Assembly: GCA_039024555.1 (NCBI GenBank)
Contig: JBCCQQ010000007.1
Span: 84,491 to 148,490, forward strand
Source: Cyanobacteria bacterium P01_D01_bin.156
Lineage (GTDB): Bacteria; Cyanobacteriota; Cyanobacteriia; Phormidesmidales; Phormidesmidaceae
Length of the DNA stretch: 64,000 nt
Direction: 5' to 3'
Shown here: piece after piece, positions 40,731 through 50,732 of the stretch
Position numbering within the stretch: the stretch's first letter is position 1
Layout of the letters: every line of letters starts with the position of its first letter
Position numbers and translations under genes: made by a program
Notes under the pieces: model-generated
Database searches by the model: none
Told to the model about the DNA's origin: nothing
The model's input: the letters and a program-made list of their open reading frames with translations, nothing else

Positions 40731-42041
40731 GTGAATAAAATTATTTCCAAGCTCAAGTCAACTTTGGGCAAATCGCTGGTGAAAGACAGCATATGGATGT
40801 TGTTTGCGCAAGTTATTGGTATTTTTATCCAAGGTGCTTATTTCATAATTGTTGCTAGAGTTTTAGGAGCCGAAGCCTACGGTATATTTGTTGGTATTGC
40901 TGCTTTTGTAAAGTTACTCTTTCCCTTTGTAGGCTGTGGTAGCTCTGATATTTTTCTTAAGTATGTTGCCAGGGATGCAAAGCTATTTAGGGGGTATTGG
41001 GGGACAACGTTACTGACATCCCTTCTATTTACCCTAGGTCTAGTACCATTCATGCTAGGTCTAGTTAAGGTGATCTTCTCACCAGATACGTCCTTACTCT
41101 TAGTTCTGTTTATTTTGTTGGCAGATCTTCTAGGGGGTAAGATCTGGGATTTATCGGCTAAAGCTTTTCTAGTTTGTGATGCTGTTAAGCTTAGGGCTAA
41201 GTATTCTGTTCTTTACGGCACAGGTAAACTACTAGCAGCCCTGGCGTTACTTGTATTTTTTGGGGATGGTAATATTCTTGCTTGGGGAGGCCTATATTGT
41301 TTAGGGTCCCTGCTGCCTGCAACGGCTGCTTTGATGGCAGTTAATAGGCTATACGGTAATCCTATATTTAATCTGAGAAAGTATCCCCCTGAGTTTGCTG
41401 AAGGGTTCTTCTTTGCGATCGCACAGTCAGCAGAAACTGTTAATGGACAGATCGACAGAACCATGTTGGTCAGTTTAGGAACTGCTGATGCAGCTGGCAT
41501 CTATGCGGCTGGCTACCGATTTATCGATGTGGGATATATTGTTCTCATTGCCGTAATGAGTGCTACATATACTCGATTTTTGCGTCATGGTGCGTCTGGT
41601 ATTAAAAAGGGATTGAGCTTTGCGTTAAAGCTTGTGCCTATCGCAATTGGGTACGGAATCATTTCAGCGTTTGGTTTGTTATGTGTTGCACCATTTACAG
41701 CAACTATTTTAGGAGAACAATATGCCCAATCATCCGGAGTATTGATGTGGTTAGCTCCAATTCATTTGATTGCCACATTGCAGTTTATTGCAGCAGATAC
41801 CTTAACAGGTGCTGGATTCCATAGAACTCGGAGTGTGTTGCAAGTGACAGCCGCCTTCATCAATTTTGGAGCCAATCTTTATCTCATTCCTCGCTTCTCC
41901 TGGCAAGGTGCTGCATGGGCCACATTAACCTCCGAGATGTTCAAGTTAATAACACTGTGGTCATTAGTGTTCATATACAATAAACAGGCCACCGTTCAGG
42001 CTCGGTTAGCAAATGCTGATGCTGACCCTAAACTTAATTAA
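40731..42041 (+). CDS. wzx: Wzx flippase (MOP/PST family)
   Basis: Motifs ARVLGAEAYG, IDRTML...AGIYAAGYR and N..LIPRFSWQGAAWAT; about 12 TM segments. Confidence 0.88.
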   Translation: MNKIISKLKSTLGKSLVKDSIWMLFAQVIGIFIQGAYFIIVARVLGAEAYGIFVGIAAFVKLLFPFVGCGSSDIFLKYVARDAKLFRGYWGTTLLTSLLFTLGLVPFMLGLVKVIFSPDTSLLLVLFILLADLLGGKIWDLSAKAFLVCDAVKLRAKYSVLYGTGKLLAALALLVFFGDGNILAWGGLYCLGSLLPATAALMAVNRLYGNPIFNLRKYPPEFAEGFFFAIAQSAETVNGQIDRTMLVSLGTADAAGIYAAGYRFIDVGYIVLIAVMSATYTRFLRHGASGIKKGLSFALKLVPIAIGYGIISAFGLLCVAPFTATILGEQYAQSSGVLMWLAPIHLIATLQFIAADTLTGAGFHRTRSVLQVTAAFINFGANLYLIPRFSWQGAAWATLTSEMFKLITLWSLVFIYNKQATVQARLANADADPKLN

Positions 42042-42502
42042 TTAGTTTTATGTCTGGACAAGGTTCAGTGACAACTAATAAATGTTGTATAGTTTTCACC
42101 AACAACATTTATTGTTCAGCAAACAATATTCTTCATAATTTCTAAAAAAACTGATTACTAAGGGTTTCTTTTTTCAAAAAGCATACATAGATTCAAACTT
42201 AATAACAGCACAATTCAAGTTCTGAAGGAACAATGACTTTATGATTTTGGTCTCCATGAAAGTACCTTTTCTGACTATGGTTTTATACGGATTATTTTGA
42301 AAGCAATAGAAGTCTTTAAAACGATCTCTTTGCCTAGAGAAGTTAGTGCAACCAGACGGGAACATTGAATATAAATACTATTAGAACTAGAGAAGCTGAC
42401 TCTAATTGATCTTTCACATTCAGTAAATATTGACGTTGAAGGACATCGAACACAAGTTGGACTATTGCGTGAAGTTAAATAAATGGTTATCTGAGAGTAG
42501 TC

Positions 42503-43705
42503 ATGACAGCAAATAGGGTTTTGTTCTTAACCACACTTCTCCCAGGCCAGCAGACAAGCGGTGGTGAAGTTGCATCTCAGGCTTTTATTGATGGACTGAG
42601 ACAGAACGGATATGAGGTTTCAGTAATAGGCTATACCCGAAAAGGTGATGGGTATAGCCCAAAACCCTATGAGCAAGTGGTTGAGGAGCGTTATATAGAA
42701 ACGAGTAAGGCAAAGACCCAGGCAATTATGTGGCTTGTTTGGGGCATTTTATTGGGGCTACCCTATTCGGCTGCTAAATATTATTCAAAAGCCTATATCA
42801 GACTCGTAAAGTCCCTTTTGAGGACCTATCAGTATGATGTTGTTGTCATAGATCATTCTCAGCTCAGTTGGCTAGCTAAATTTATTGAGCGTAAAGCCAG
42901 ACTTATATTTATTGCCCACAATGTGGAGCATGAAATCTATTCAAGCCACTTTCACAATGCTAGCAATCCTTTAGCCAAGTGGTTATATGCTCGCGAAGCT
43001 GATTTAGTCAAAATTCTTGAGTCTGGACTAGCAAAAAACGCTTCAGAGGTTTGGACTTTGACTGAGGAGGATGCTGGCTATTTCTCTGGTATAGAAGGTA
43101 AGGATAAAGTTAAAGTCTTAGCTTTGCCGCCGGGCCCAGAGAAAACAGTTGAGGAGTCTGTCAAAAAGAGATTTGATATCGGATTAATTGGCAGCTGGAC
43201 TTGGAAATTTAATGAAGAAGGTCTTCAGTGGTTCTTTAAATTCATCTACCCCGAGCTATCTGAACAAGTATCGATTCATGTCGCTGGTAAAGGTGCTGAG
43301 TGGTTGGAGGGAAAGTATCCAAATGTGAGCTATGAAGGTTTTGTACCCAATGCCCAAGTTTTCATGGCGCAGGCGAAGGTAGTTGCATTACCTATTTTGG
43401 GGGGTAGTGGTATACAAATAAAAACTCTTGATGCCCTTGCTTCAGGATCGGCGATTGTGGCCACACCACAATCTATGAGGGGTATTTCTTTATCTTCCTC
43501 AGCAATTCAAGTTGCCGAAAATCCTAAGGACTTCGCTAATCTTCTGTTGTCTGAAGTTCATGATTGGAATATTGAGAAGTCTGAACATGCAGCTAAGGTT
43601 ACTAAGGACTGGGTTATCAAAAGGCGCAGTCAATTTCTGCATAATATCGCCAGTTCAATTGACTATCATCCCAGAACAACGGCTGATATGGCCAAAAGTC
43701 ACTGA
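42503..43705 (+). CDS. Glycosyltransferase family 4
   Basis: Motifs SGGEVAS, HNVEH, GFVP and PILGGSGIQIKTLDALASG. Confidence 0.85.
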   Translation: MTANRVLFLTTLLPGQQTSGGEVASQAFIDGLRQNGYEVSVIGYTRKGDGYSPKPYEQVVEERYIETSKAKTQAIMWLVWGILLGLPYSAAKYYSKAYIRLVKSLLRTYQYDVVVIDHSQLSWLAKFIERKARLIFIAHNVEHEIYSSHFHNASNPLAKWLYAREADLVKILESGLAKNASEVWTLTEEDAGYFSGIEGKDKVKVLALPPGPEKTVEESVKKRFDIGLIGSWTWKFNEEGLQWFFKFIYPELSEQVSIHVAGKGAEWLEGKYPNVSYEGFVPNAQVFMAQAKVVALPILGGSGIQIKTLDALASGSAIVATPQSMRGISLSSSAIQVAENPKDFANLLLSEVHDWNIEKSEHAAKVTKDWVIKRRSQFLHNIASSIDYHPRTTADMAKSH

Positions 43706-44052
43706 TATTTGAGTAGTGGACCATCAACTTTCTATTTATGTTTACCAACAGGCATTAATACCCATATGAATGAGCCTTTTTGCTCTAAAGCTATATAAAG
43801 GTGTGTTGACTTTTTATGCTTTCACTAGAGCTGTTAAAAGGATAGGTTTATTAGAGTGAGAAACTTTTCATCTGTTATTGCGTCTAGGGCTGTGGTAGTG
43901 AGATAAATACCGTTTTGACCTAAATAATTTAGATGAAAGTTTAGGACTAGTGTTTTAGTATTTATGCCCGACAATGTTAGCAATAGCTATCTCATGCGTA
44001 CTATTTGAACAATTCAGTGGTTTGTTCTGATCATTATTAAAGGATTAATTGA

Positions 44053-45018
44053 ATGAATAATTTACTGGACTATGAGATAAATTCAGATAACGCTGCAGAG
44101 CTATTTGCTCAACAGGTTGCAGCCCCTGCACCTAAGCTAGAGAATTTCTCAGGACGAGGATTTGTGCTATGCGCAGGTGGTCCTTATCTGGAGAGTGCAT
44201 ATGTTGTAGTGCGCCTTTTACGGCATTATGGTGCAACATTACCAATTGAAGTTTGGCATGCAGGAGCTGATGAGATTCCTACCTGGGCAAGACCAGCATT
44301 TATTGAATATGGGGTGACGTTCTACGATGTCATGGACTATTGTCCAGACCGTCCCCTTAAGCAGATGCGCGGGTTTCCCATCAAAACAGCGGCGATTCTC
44401 AACACTAGCTTGCGCGAAGTGATGTTTATCGATGCTGACTGTTTTCCTGTTCGTAATCTGGAGTTCTTATTTGAAAGTCAAGAATACAAGGACAATAAAG
44501 CTGTCTTTTTTCCCGATTACCAACGACATTTGCTCTTACCAGACAAGCCAGTTTGGGATTATGTTGATATGCCTTACAACGGGGATACTGAATTTGAAAC
44601 TGGCTTGCTACTTTTTGACAAGGTGTCTTGCTGGAAAGCGCTTAACCTAGCTGAGTGGATGAACCTAGGCTCAGAATTTTGGTACCAACATGCTATGGGT
44701 GATAAGGATACGTTCTATTTAGCATGGCGAAAGGTTGAACATCCTTATTTTTTAGCTCCCGATTGCTCTCGAGTGCCTACCGTTCTGAGTCGGCACTATT
44801 GGCCAGGTGGAATACATTTAGCCGATCACCGTACGGGAACGTCCAAATACACCGTACCTTACCAGAAAGGGATATTTACAAGCTATCTTGCCCCCTACAA
44901 GGGACGTCCCCTATACAAAGATTTTATTGATGAGTTTCTACAACGGTTTGTCAATGGCAACTACAGACTGCATACTAAATTTCTGAATGAGTTGAAAACC
45001 TATAAAAAGAGTTATTAG
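44053..45018 (+). CDS. Putative alpha-mannosyltransferase, MNN2/GT71-like (Mannosyl_trans3)
   Basis: RGFVLCAGG...LRHYGATLPIEVW, IKTAAILNTSLREVMFIDAD, FLFES.EY...AVFFPDY, EFETGLLLFDK and GDKDTFYLAW follow the MNN2-family motif order. Confidence 0.75.
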   Translation: MNNLLDYEINSDNAAELFAQQVAAPAPKLENFSGRGFVLCAGGPYLESAYVVVRLLRHYGATLPIEVWHAGADEIPTWARPAFIEYGVTFYDVMDYCPDRPLKQMRGFPIKTAAILNTSLREVMFIDADCFPVRNLEFLFESQEYKDNKAVFFPDYQRHLLLPDKPVWDYVDMPYNGDTEFETGLLLFDKVSCWKALNLAEWMNLGSEFWYQHAMGDKDTFYLAWRKVEHPYFLAPDCSRVPTVLSRHYWPGGIHLADHRTGTSKYTVPYQKGIFTSYLAPYKGRPLYKDFIDEFLQRFVNGNYRLHTKFLNELKTYKKSY

Positions 45019-45125
45019 TTTTCACGTCTAGTGAAATCTGATTTACAGATAGGGGCAACTCTCTCTTGAGAGTATTTTAGCCTCTAAGTTTAAAGTCTTG
45101 AATGTCGCAGTTTATCGTTTTACTA

Positions 45126-45207
45126 TTGCTGATTTAGGGATGAAACGATCTGCAGAACTTACTATTTACGTGGATTTGGCAGATAAAATCATCCCGAGAA
45201 TCAGCAA
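45126..45207 (+). repeat. Best-preserved copy of the ~83-nt dispersed repeat, with terminal inverted repeats
   Basis: TTGCTGATTTAGGGATGA ... TCATCCCGAGAATCAGCAA imperfect terminal IR with an inner ATCTGC/GCAGAT pair. Confidence 0.75.
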
Positions 45208-45407
45208 CGCCATCGTTTTATTAGCCTGTTTAGAATAGGAACAATATTCTTACTTTGTATTCATAACTGTACATAGGGCATCCTAAGTGTGCACTTTATG
45301 GTGTGTGGTTTTAGTGTAATTGACTGGCCAATGTTGGGCAAAACTGTACTAGCAACTTGTCAGGCTGTCTAAGCCCAAGCTCTAGATTTATAACTTTAAG
45401 GTGAAAC

Positions 45408-46394
45408 ATGCAGGTGATTTCCAACCAATCTCCGGAAGTTGCAGATAATTCCAATACGTCTAAGAAACTAGTGAAAGTTGCTGTTTGTGCTGCGACGTAC
45501 AAACGTCCTGAGCTGTTGGAAAAACTGTTGGAATCGCTAAATAATTTAACCTTCACGAGAATACCCACACCGGTTGTTGAGGTCATTATCGTGGATAATG
45601 ATTCCGCTGGTTCTGCCCAGTCAACGGTTGAAGATGCCAGAGCGTCATTCCAGTGGCCCCTAAAATATTTTGTAGAGACGAATCAGGGGGTCACATATGC
45701 CCGTAATCGCTGTGTTACCGAAGTTGCTAAAGATACAGATTTCATCGCAATGCTAGACGATGACGAGTATGCAACGCCTCAGTGGTTAGAAGAGCTTTTA
45801 ATCAGTCGGAAGACGTATAACGCAGAAATCGTTGCAGGACCTGTTTTAGCAGTATTTCGAGAGGGACAACAGGTTCCTAACTGGATGAAATCGGGAGAAT
45901 TTCATACCTATCCTCGTCATGAAACGGGGCAAGAAATGGAAACAGCCTTTACGGGTAATGTCATGTTCAGTACCCAAATCACAAACAGACTTAGTCCTGA
46001 TGAGTCCTTCTTTGATCATCGTTTTGCTCAAAAGGGAGCAGAGGATGCATATTTGTTTTCTTGTCTGTATAAGGAGGGATATAAGATTGTTTGGGCGAAT
46101 AATGCTGTGCTGTACGAACCTGTAGCAGATCAGCGTTTATCATTAAAATGGATACTGAAACGAGGCTTCTGGTCTTGGAGTACCCATAGCATTATTGAAT
46201 CTGAACTATATCCTTCAATTAAAGTTCAAGGAATTCGTGCCATTAAGGGTCTGGGTTTGATTTTGATTGGTGCTGTTTCTGTTGTTCCATCTATCGTTTT
46301 AGGTAAGGCTCGACTAGCTTGGTCATTACTAAGGATTTATCGAGGCATGGGAACACTTTCTGGTCTGTTGGGTCGCCAAGGTAACTGGCAATAG
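45408..46394 (+). CDS. Glycosyltransferase family 2, ExoM-like
   Basis: Motifs ATYKRPELL, IVDND, ARNR, AMLDDDE, AGPV, FTGNV and GAED. Confidence 0.88.
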   Translation: MQVISNQSPEVADNSNTSKKLVKVAVCAATYKRPELLEKLLESLNNLTFTRIPTPVVEVIIVDNDSAGSAQSTVEDARASFQWPLKYFVETNQGVTYARNRCVTEVAKDTDFIAMLDDDEYATPQWLEELLISRKTYNAEIVAGPVLAVFREGQQVPNWMKSGEFHTYPRHETGQEMETAFTGNVMFSTQITNRLSPDESFFDHRFAQKGAEDAYLFSCLYKEGYKIVWANNAVLYEPVADQRLSLKWILKRGFWSWSTHSIIESELYPSIKVQGIRAIKGLGLILIGAVSVVPSIVLGKARLAWSLLRIYRGMGTLSGLLGRQGNWQ

Positions 46395-46694
46395 TGGAAG
46401 TTCAGTATATGGCTGGGAACACGGATACTCTTTAAGGTATCTTAAATATGGATTTTTATATCTCCTGCGGTCATTCCTAATGATATAAGTTCTTGGTATG
46501 ATTCTATCTAGAATCAGTATGCTGGTGGCAAATCTCTAAAGTTGTTTTTCTGTTTTATTAACAACACTTGGTGAATAGATTTTAGGATTTCTTGTTCTAT
46601 CACTCTGAAATCTGTTTCTTTCTTCCCCTGGCAAAGGTTTTATGAAGAATACACACTGAGAATTAGTAGAATCAAAGTTTTTATATCCATCGTT

Positions 46695-48572
46695 ATGTTG
46701 CGAACTATGCCTGTTAATCGTTTTTGGCACTGTTTAACATCTTTGAGAAGATTTGCAAGCGTTGCGGGTGCTATATTTGTTGCAGCTAGTGCCCTAGGCT
46801 GTTCGAAAGATGCTAAGCAAGCTGCTGCTCCAGAGTTTCAAATCCTAGTTGATCAGTTTGGCTATCGTCCTCAAGATCCAAAAGTAGCTGTTGTTCTTGA
46901 GCGGATAGACAGTGAACAGCCCTATGAGCTCAGAAATGCTGAGACTGATGAAGTAATTGATGTTATCGAGCCAATAAGGTGGGCTGGTGGCGCTCTCCAT
47001 TCTCAGTCAGGAGAGCAAGCTTTATGGGTCGAGTTTACGGATTTAGATGAACCAGGGAACTACGTTATCGTTCGTGCAGACGGTGAGACTCGCTCAGCAG
47101 AGTTTGAAGTGAGTAAAGACGTCTACAAAGATGTTTTAATTGCTGCCACCAAAATGTTTTTCTATCAGCGTAGTGGTTATTCGAAACGAGAGCCATTTGC
47201 AGATGCACGGTGGACTGATGGGGCCGCTTACATTGGGCCTGGTCAAGATACCCAGGCTAGGTTTGTAAAGGAGAAAGAAAACCCGCTGTCTGAAAGAGCC
47301 ATGCACGGTGGCTGGTTTGATGCAGGTGATACAAATAAGTATGTTACCTATGCATTACAACCGGTGCATCAGCTGTTGAGTGCCTATAGTCAGAATCCTA
47401 AAATTTGGACAGATGACTTTAACATTCCTGAGTCAGGTAATGGTATTCCTGATTTGTTAGATGAGCTTAAATTTGAGTTGGATTGGCTCATCCGGATGCA
47501 AGATGACGATGGTGGCGCATTCATTAAACTCGGGAATATAGATTTCGATCCCCCTAGTCCAATTCCCAGTAAGGATACTCGTCCTCGCTATTATGGGCCG
47601 AAATGTTCATCTTCTACTATTGCGATCGCAAGTATGTTTGCCCATGCTGCAGTAGAAATGCAAGATATTCCCGAGCTAGAGAATTACGCTGCTGAATTGA
47701 CATCACGGGCTAGGTCAGCTTGGAACTGGTTTCAAAGCAATCCAGTTGAGACAGACTGTGATGATGGCGAAATTAAAGCAGGGGATGCAGACATGACTGC
47801 TGATGCCCAGATGGGAACAACTATTAGTGCAGCAGTCTATCTTTTTGCCGCAACAGGCGATCCTCAATACTCAAAGTATGTTGTCGAAAACTTGAAACTT
47901 GCCCAACCTTATCGAGATGGTCCTTGGTCTCGTTACGATCCATGGCAAGGAGATGCGCTTATATTCTATTCTCAGCTGCCTAATGCCGATGATGCCTTAA
48001 AAGAAAAGATTCTTACGGACTTAGAAGATAAGCTACTGGCATATCATCCAGAAGCCTATGGTAACGATGATTCATTGGATCCCTTTCGCTCCTACATGCC
48101 TGATGAACAATATCATTGGGGTAGTAACATGACAAAAGCGAACTATGGGAACATGAACTACGACCCTGTAATGCTAGGTATACATGAAGCAGAAGGCCCA
48201 GCATATGCTGAACGCGCTCTAGGGGCCATTAACTATTTCCATGGTGTAAATCCGTTAGGAACCGTATTCCTAACCAATATGTATGAGTACGGTGCTGAAA
48301 ACTCAGCTGATGAAATGTACCATCAATGGTTTGGGCAGGGTGAGTTCAAAAACGCCCGTACTTCCAAGAGAGGTCCAGCTCCCGGTTTCTTTATGGGTGG
48401 TCCTAACAAAAATTACTCTGGAGATGCAAGCATAGCATCTGGCCCCCCTATGAAGGCATACGTGAAAAATGTTGAGCCCAATGTCCCAACTTACGAAATT
48501 ATAGAACCTGCAATTTATTATCAGTCAGCTTATATCAAACTGCTATCAAAATTTGTCACTGCAGATGATTAA
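46695..48572 (+). CDS. Glycoside hydrolase family 9 with an N-terminal Ig-like (CelD_N) domain; probable lipoprotein
   Basis: Motifs VDQFGYRP..PKVAV, FFYQRSG, GGWFDAGD (catalytic base) and YEIIEPAIYYQSA (catalytic acid); N-terminal ...SALGC. Confidence 0.9.
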   Translation: MLRTMPVNRFWHCLTSLRRFASVAGAIFVAASALGCSKDAKQAAAPEFQILVDQFGYRPQDPKVAVVLERIDSEQPYELRNAETDEVIDVIEPIRWAGGALHSQSGEQALWVEFTDLDEPGNYVIVRADGETRSAEFEVSKDVYKDVLIAATKMFFYQRSGYSKREPFADARWTDGAAYIGPGQDTQARFVKEKENPLSERAMHGGWFDAGDTNKYVTYALQPVHQLLSAYSQNPKIWTDDFNIPESGNGIPDLLDELKFELDWLIRMQDDDGGAFIKLGNIDFDPPSPIPSKDTRPRYYGPKCSSSTIAIASMFAHAAVEMQDIPELENYAAELTSRARSAWNWFQSNPVETDCDDGEIKAGDADMTADAQMGTTISAAVYLFAATGDPQYSKYVVENLKLAQPYRDGPWSRYDPWQGDALIFYSQLPNADDALKEKILTDLEDKLLAYHPEAYGNDDSLDPFRSYMPDEQYHWGSNMTKANYGNMNYDPVMLGIHEAEGPAYAERALGAINYFHGVNPLGTVFLTNMYEYGAENSADEMYHQWFGQGEFKNARTSKRGPAPGFFMGGPNKNYSGDASIASGPPMKAYVKNVEPNVPTYEIIEPAIYYQSAYIKLLSKFVTADD

Positions 48573-48666
48573 TGAGTACACAAAACTCTGATAAAAACGT
48601 TGACTAAACTACGTGATTAGCCACATCAGAGTTAATCTTCTTTTAGGAAATACGACATGAGTATAG

Positions 48667-48699
48667 CGAGCTGCTGAAACTATTCAGCAGCTCGTTTTT
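48667..48699 (+). terminator. Intrinsic terminator after the GH9 gene
   Basis: CGAGCTGCTGAA / TTCAGCAGCTCG stem followed by TTTTT. Confidence 0.8.
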
Positions 48700-49107
48700 A
48701 ATAGTTTGTGTGCTTGTAGACTTTGAGTAATGACTATTGACGCTGACTTAGCACGTAAAGCTATGCTTCTTACAAGCATCCTCTTAGAGATTGAGTAATA
48801 GTTATTCTTAGCTAATAGTAATAGAGTATTATCAGTCACTAAAAGTTAAAAATTAGCTGCATCAATGAAAGTTAAATCAAAAATTTCATATGTCTTTAGA
48901 ATAAGAAGTTTTACCCATACAACTTGTTTCTTTGCTAAATCTAATAATTCTATTACTCAGTAATATTATGTATGAGCCCTTATACTAGCTACACTCAGCT
49001 TACGTATATCCTCATGAATTCATATTCATAAATTATGGTTTTCTACCGTATTCTCTTTAATGGGATATGACATTAGTAAAACATAATTTACAAACATCAG
49101 GGCAATC

Positions 49108-50118
49108 ATGATTTGGCTAAATAATGCAAGGATCGTAGCCATTCTTGCCGTAGTGCACTTACATGTGACTGCAGTTGTATTGTCTGGAAACTATGTAGGT
49201 AGTGAATATTGGTGGGTTGGAAATATCTCTAGTACAGTTGTCAGATGGTGTGTCCCTGTTTTTGTAATGATTAGTGGGGCACTTTTATTAGATCCCCAAA
49301 AACAGGAGAGCTCATCAATTTTCTATAAAAAAAGGCTTTCTAAGATTCTTATTCCTATAGGATTTTGGTCAGTATTTTTTTTGTTTTGGACATTTCTCCA
49401 TGGCTTTATAGATGGCATATTACCCAGCAATTTACAGTTACTAAAAAGACTCTTAAAGGGCCTTCCCTACGAGCACCTCTGGTTTCTGTATATGATTTTA
49501 GGAATGTATTTATTCGTTCCTTTTTTTCGGAAGATAATTTCAATTTCTAGTGATCGTGAGATCGTTTTCTTTACAGTCACAACGTTCTTAATCGCTGGTA
49601 TAAACTTTTTTCACACAAGCGTCTCTAATGTAGTGAGGCCTGACTTATTTATAAATTGGTTCCTTTTGTATATTCCATTCTTCTTTAGTGGATATTTGAT
49701 TCAGAAAGATAATCGAAAATTTCCAACATCAGTACTCTGGAGTATATTCCTATTCTCTGCTGCTGCAACTGCAGTTGGGTATTATTACGTTGCATTAGAC
49801 AGTGAATTTTTATCCGATTCGTACTTCCATGGCTATTTGAGTATTACTGTGATACCCATGTCTATCAGTGTGATGTATTTGCTGAAAGAATGGAATATTC
49901 CAGCTTTGAATGAGACTGCAACAAAGAAGATTGCATTACTTACGTTTGGGATTTATCTAGTTCATCCAATTGTGATAGAAGTCCTTAACAAAACTGATTA
50001 CCTACGAGCAGTACATCCAGCCATTGCTATTCCTACTTCAACCGCCATTGTCTTTACTGTCTCTCTGGGAATATCCTGGGCACTCTATAAAATCCCCTAC
50101 TTAAATAGAACAATATAA
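49108..50118 (+). CDS. Acyltransferase_3 family O-acetyltransferase (WecH/YiaH-like)
   Basis: Motifs R.VAILAVV.LH, RWCVPVFVMISGALLL, HLWFLY and TFGIYLVH. Confidence 0.9.
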   Translation: MIWLNNARIVAILAVVHLHVTAVVLSGNYVGSEYWWVGNISSTVVRWCVPVFVMISGALLLDPQKQESSSIFYKKRLSKILIPIGFWSVFFLFWTFLHGFIDGILPSNLQLLKRLLKGLPYEHLWFLYMILGMYLFVPFFRKIISISSDREIVFFTVTTFLIAGINFFHTSVSNVVRPDLFINWFLLYIPFFFSGYLIQKDNRKFPTSVLWSIFLFSAAATAVGYYYVALDSEFLSDSYFHGYLSITVIPMSISVMYLLKEWNIPALNETATKKIALLTFGIYLVHPIVIEVLNKTDYLRAVHPAIAIPTSTAIVFTVSLGISWALYKIPYLNRTI

Positions 50119-50732
50119 GTAGAGACCCCTAATCATGTAAGCCATCGACAGTAGCATTGCTGATTAAGGTTGCTGTACGTATTTTTCGCTAGAAAAATTG
50201 GCGACTATTTAACCATTCAACGGTGTTTCACAGTTGACACAGTGAAGGATTTGGGAACCATACCTGAGCATAAATCGACTATGAAATTAGCATGTCAACT
50301 TTCAAACAATCAATACTTGGGTTCTTACTGATAGTTTCTAAGTCAGCTTAAGATTACAGCCTCTTTTACATCTGACAAGCTGTGCCACCAGACCTCTAAA
50401 TTTATCATTGATAATTTCGAGGGTAGCTCTATCTAGCAATGGTGTATCGATATTTCTCAAATAATGTCATCTCTCAGATGAGCAGTTCTCTAAGTCTTAT
50501 TACTGAAGATGGCATACCCTAAAGGACACTTACAGTCTCCTGAAACAACTTGGGCATTCTAGTGCTTGAGATAGTCGAAACAAAAGAAGAACTTCAGGGA
50601 AATTCTTTACAGGATCTTGATAGCTTTTTGGCAAAACGTATTTTGTACTCATGTAAATATTACCGACTCAACAAAAAATCACCAAATTGAAATTGGGCTG
50701 AAAAATTTTTAGATTTTAGAGCTGTCTAAACT

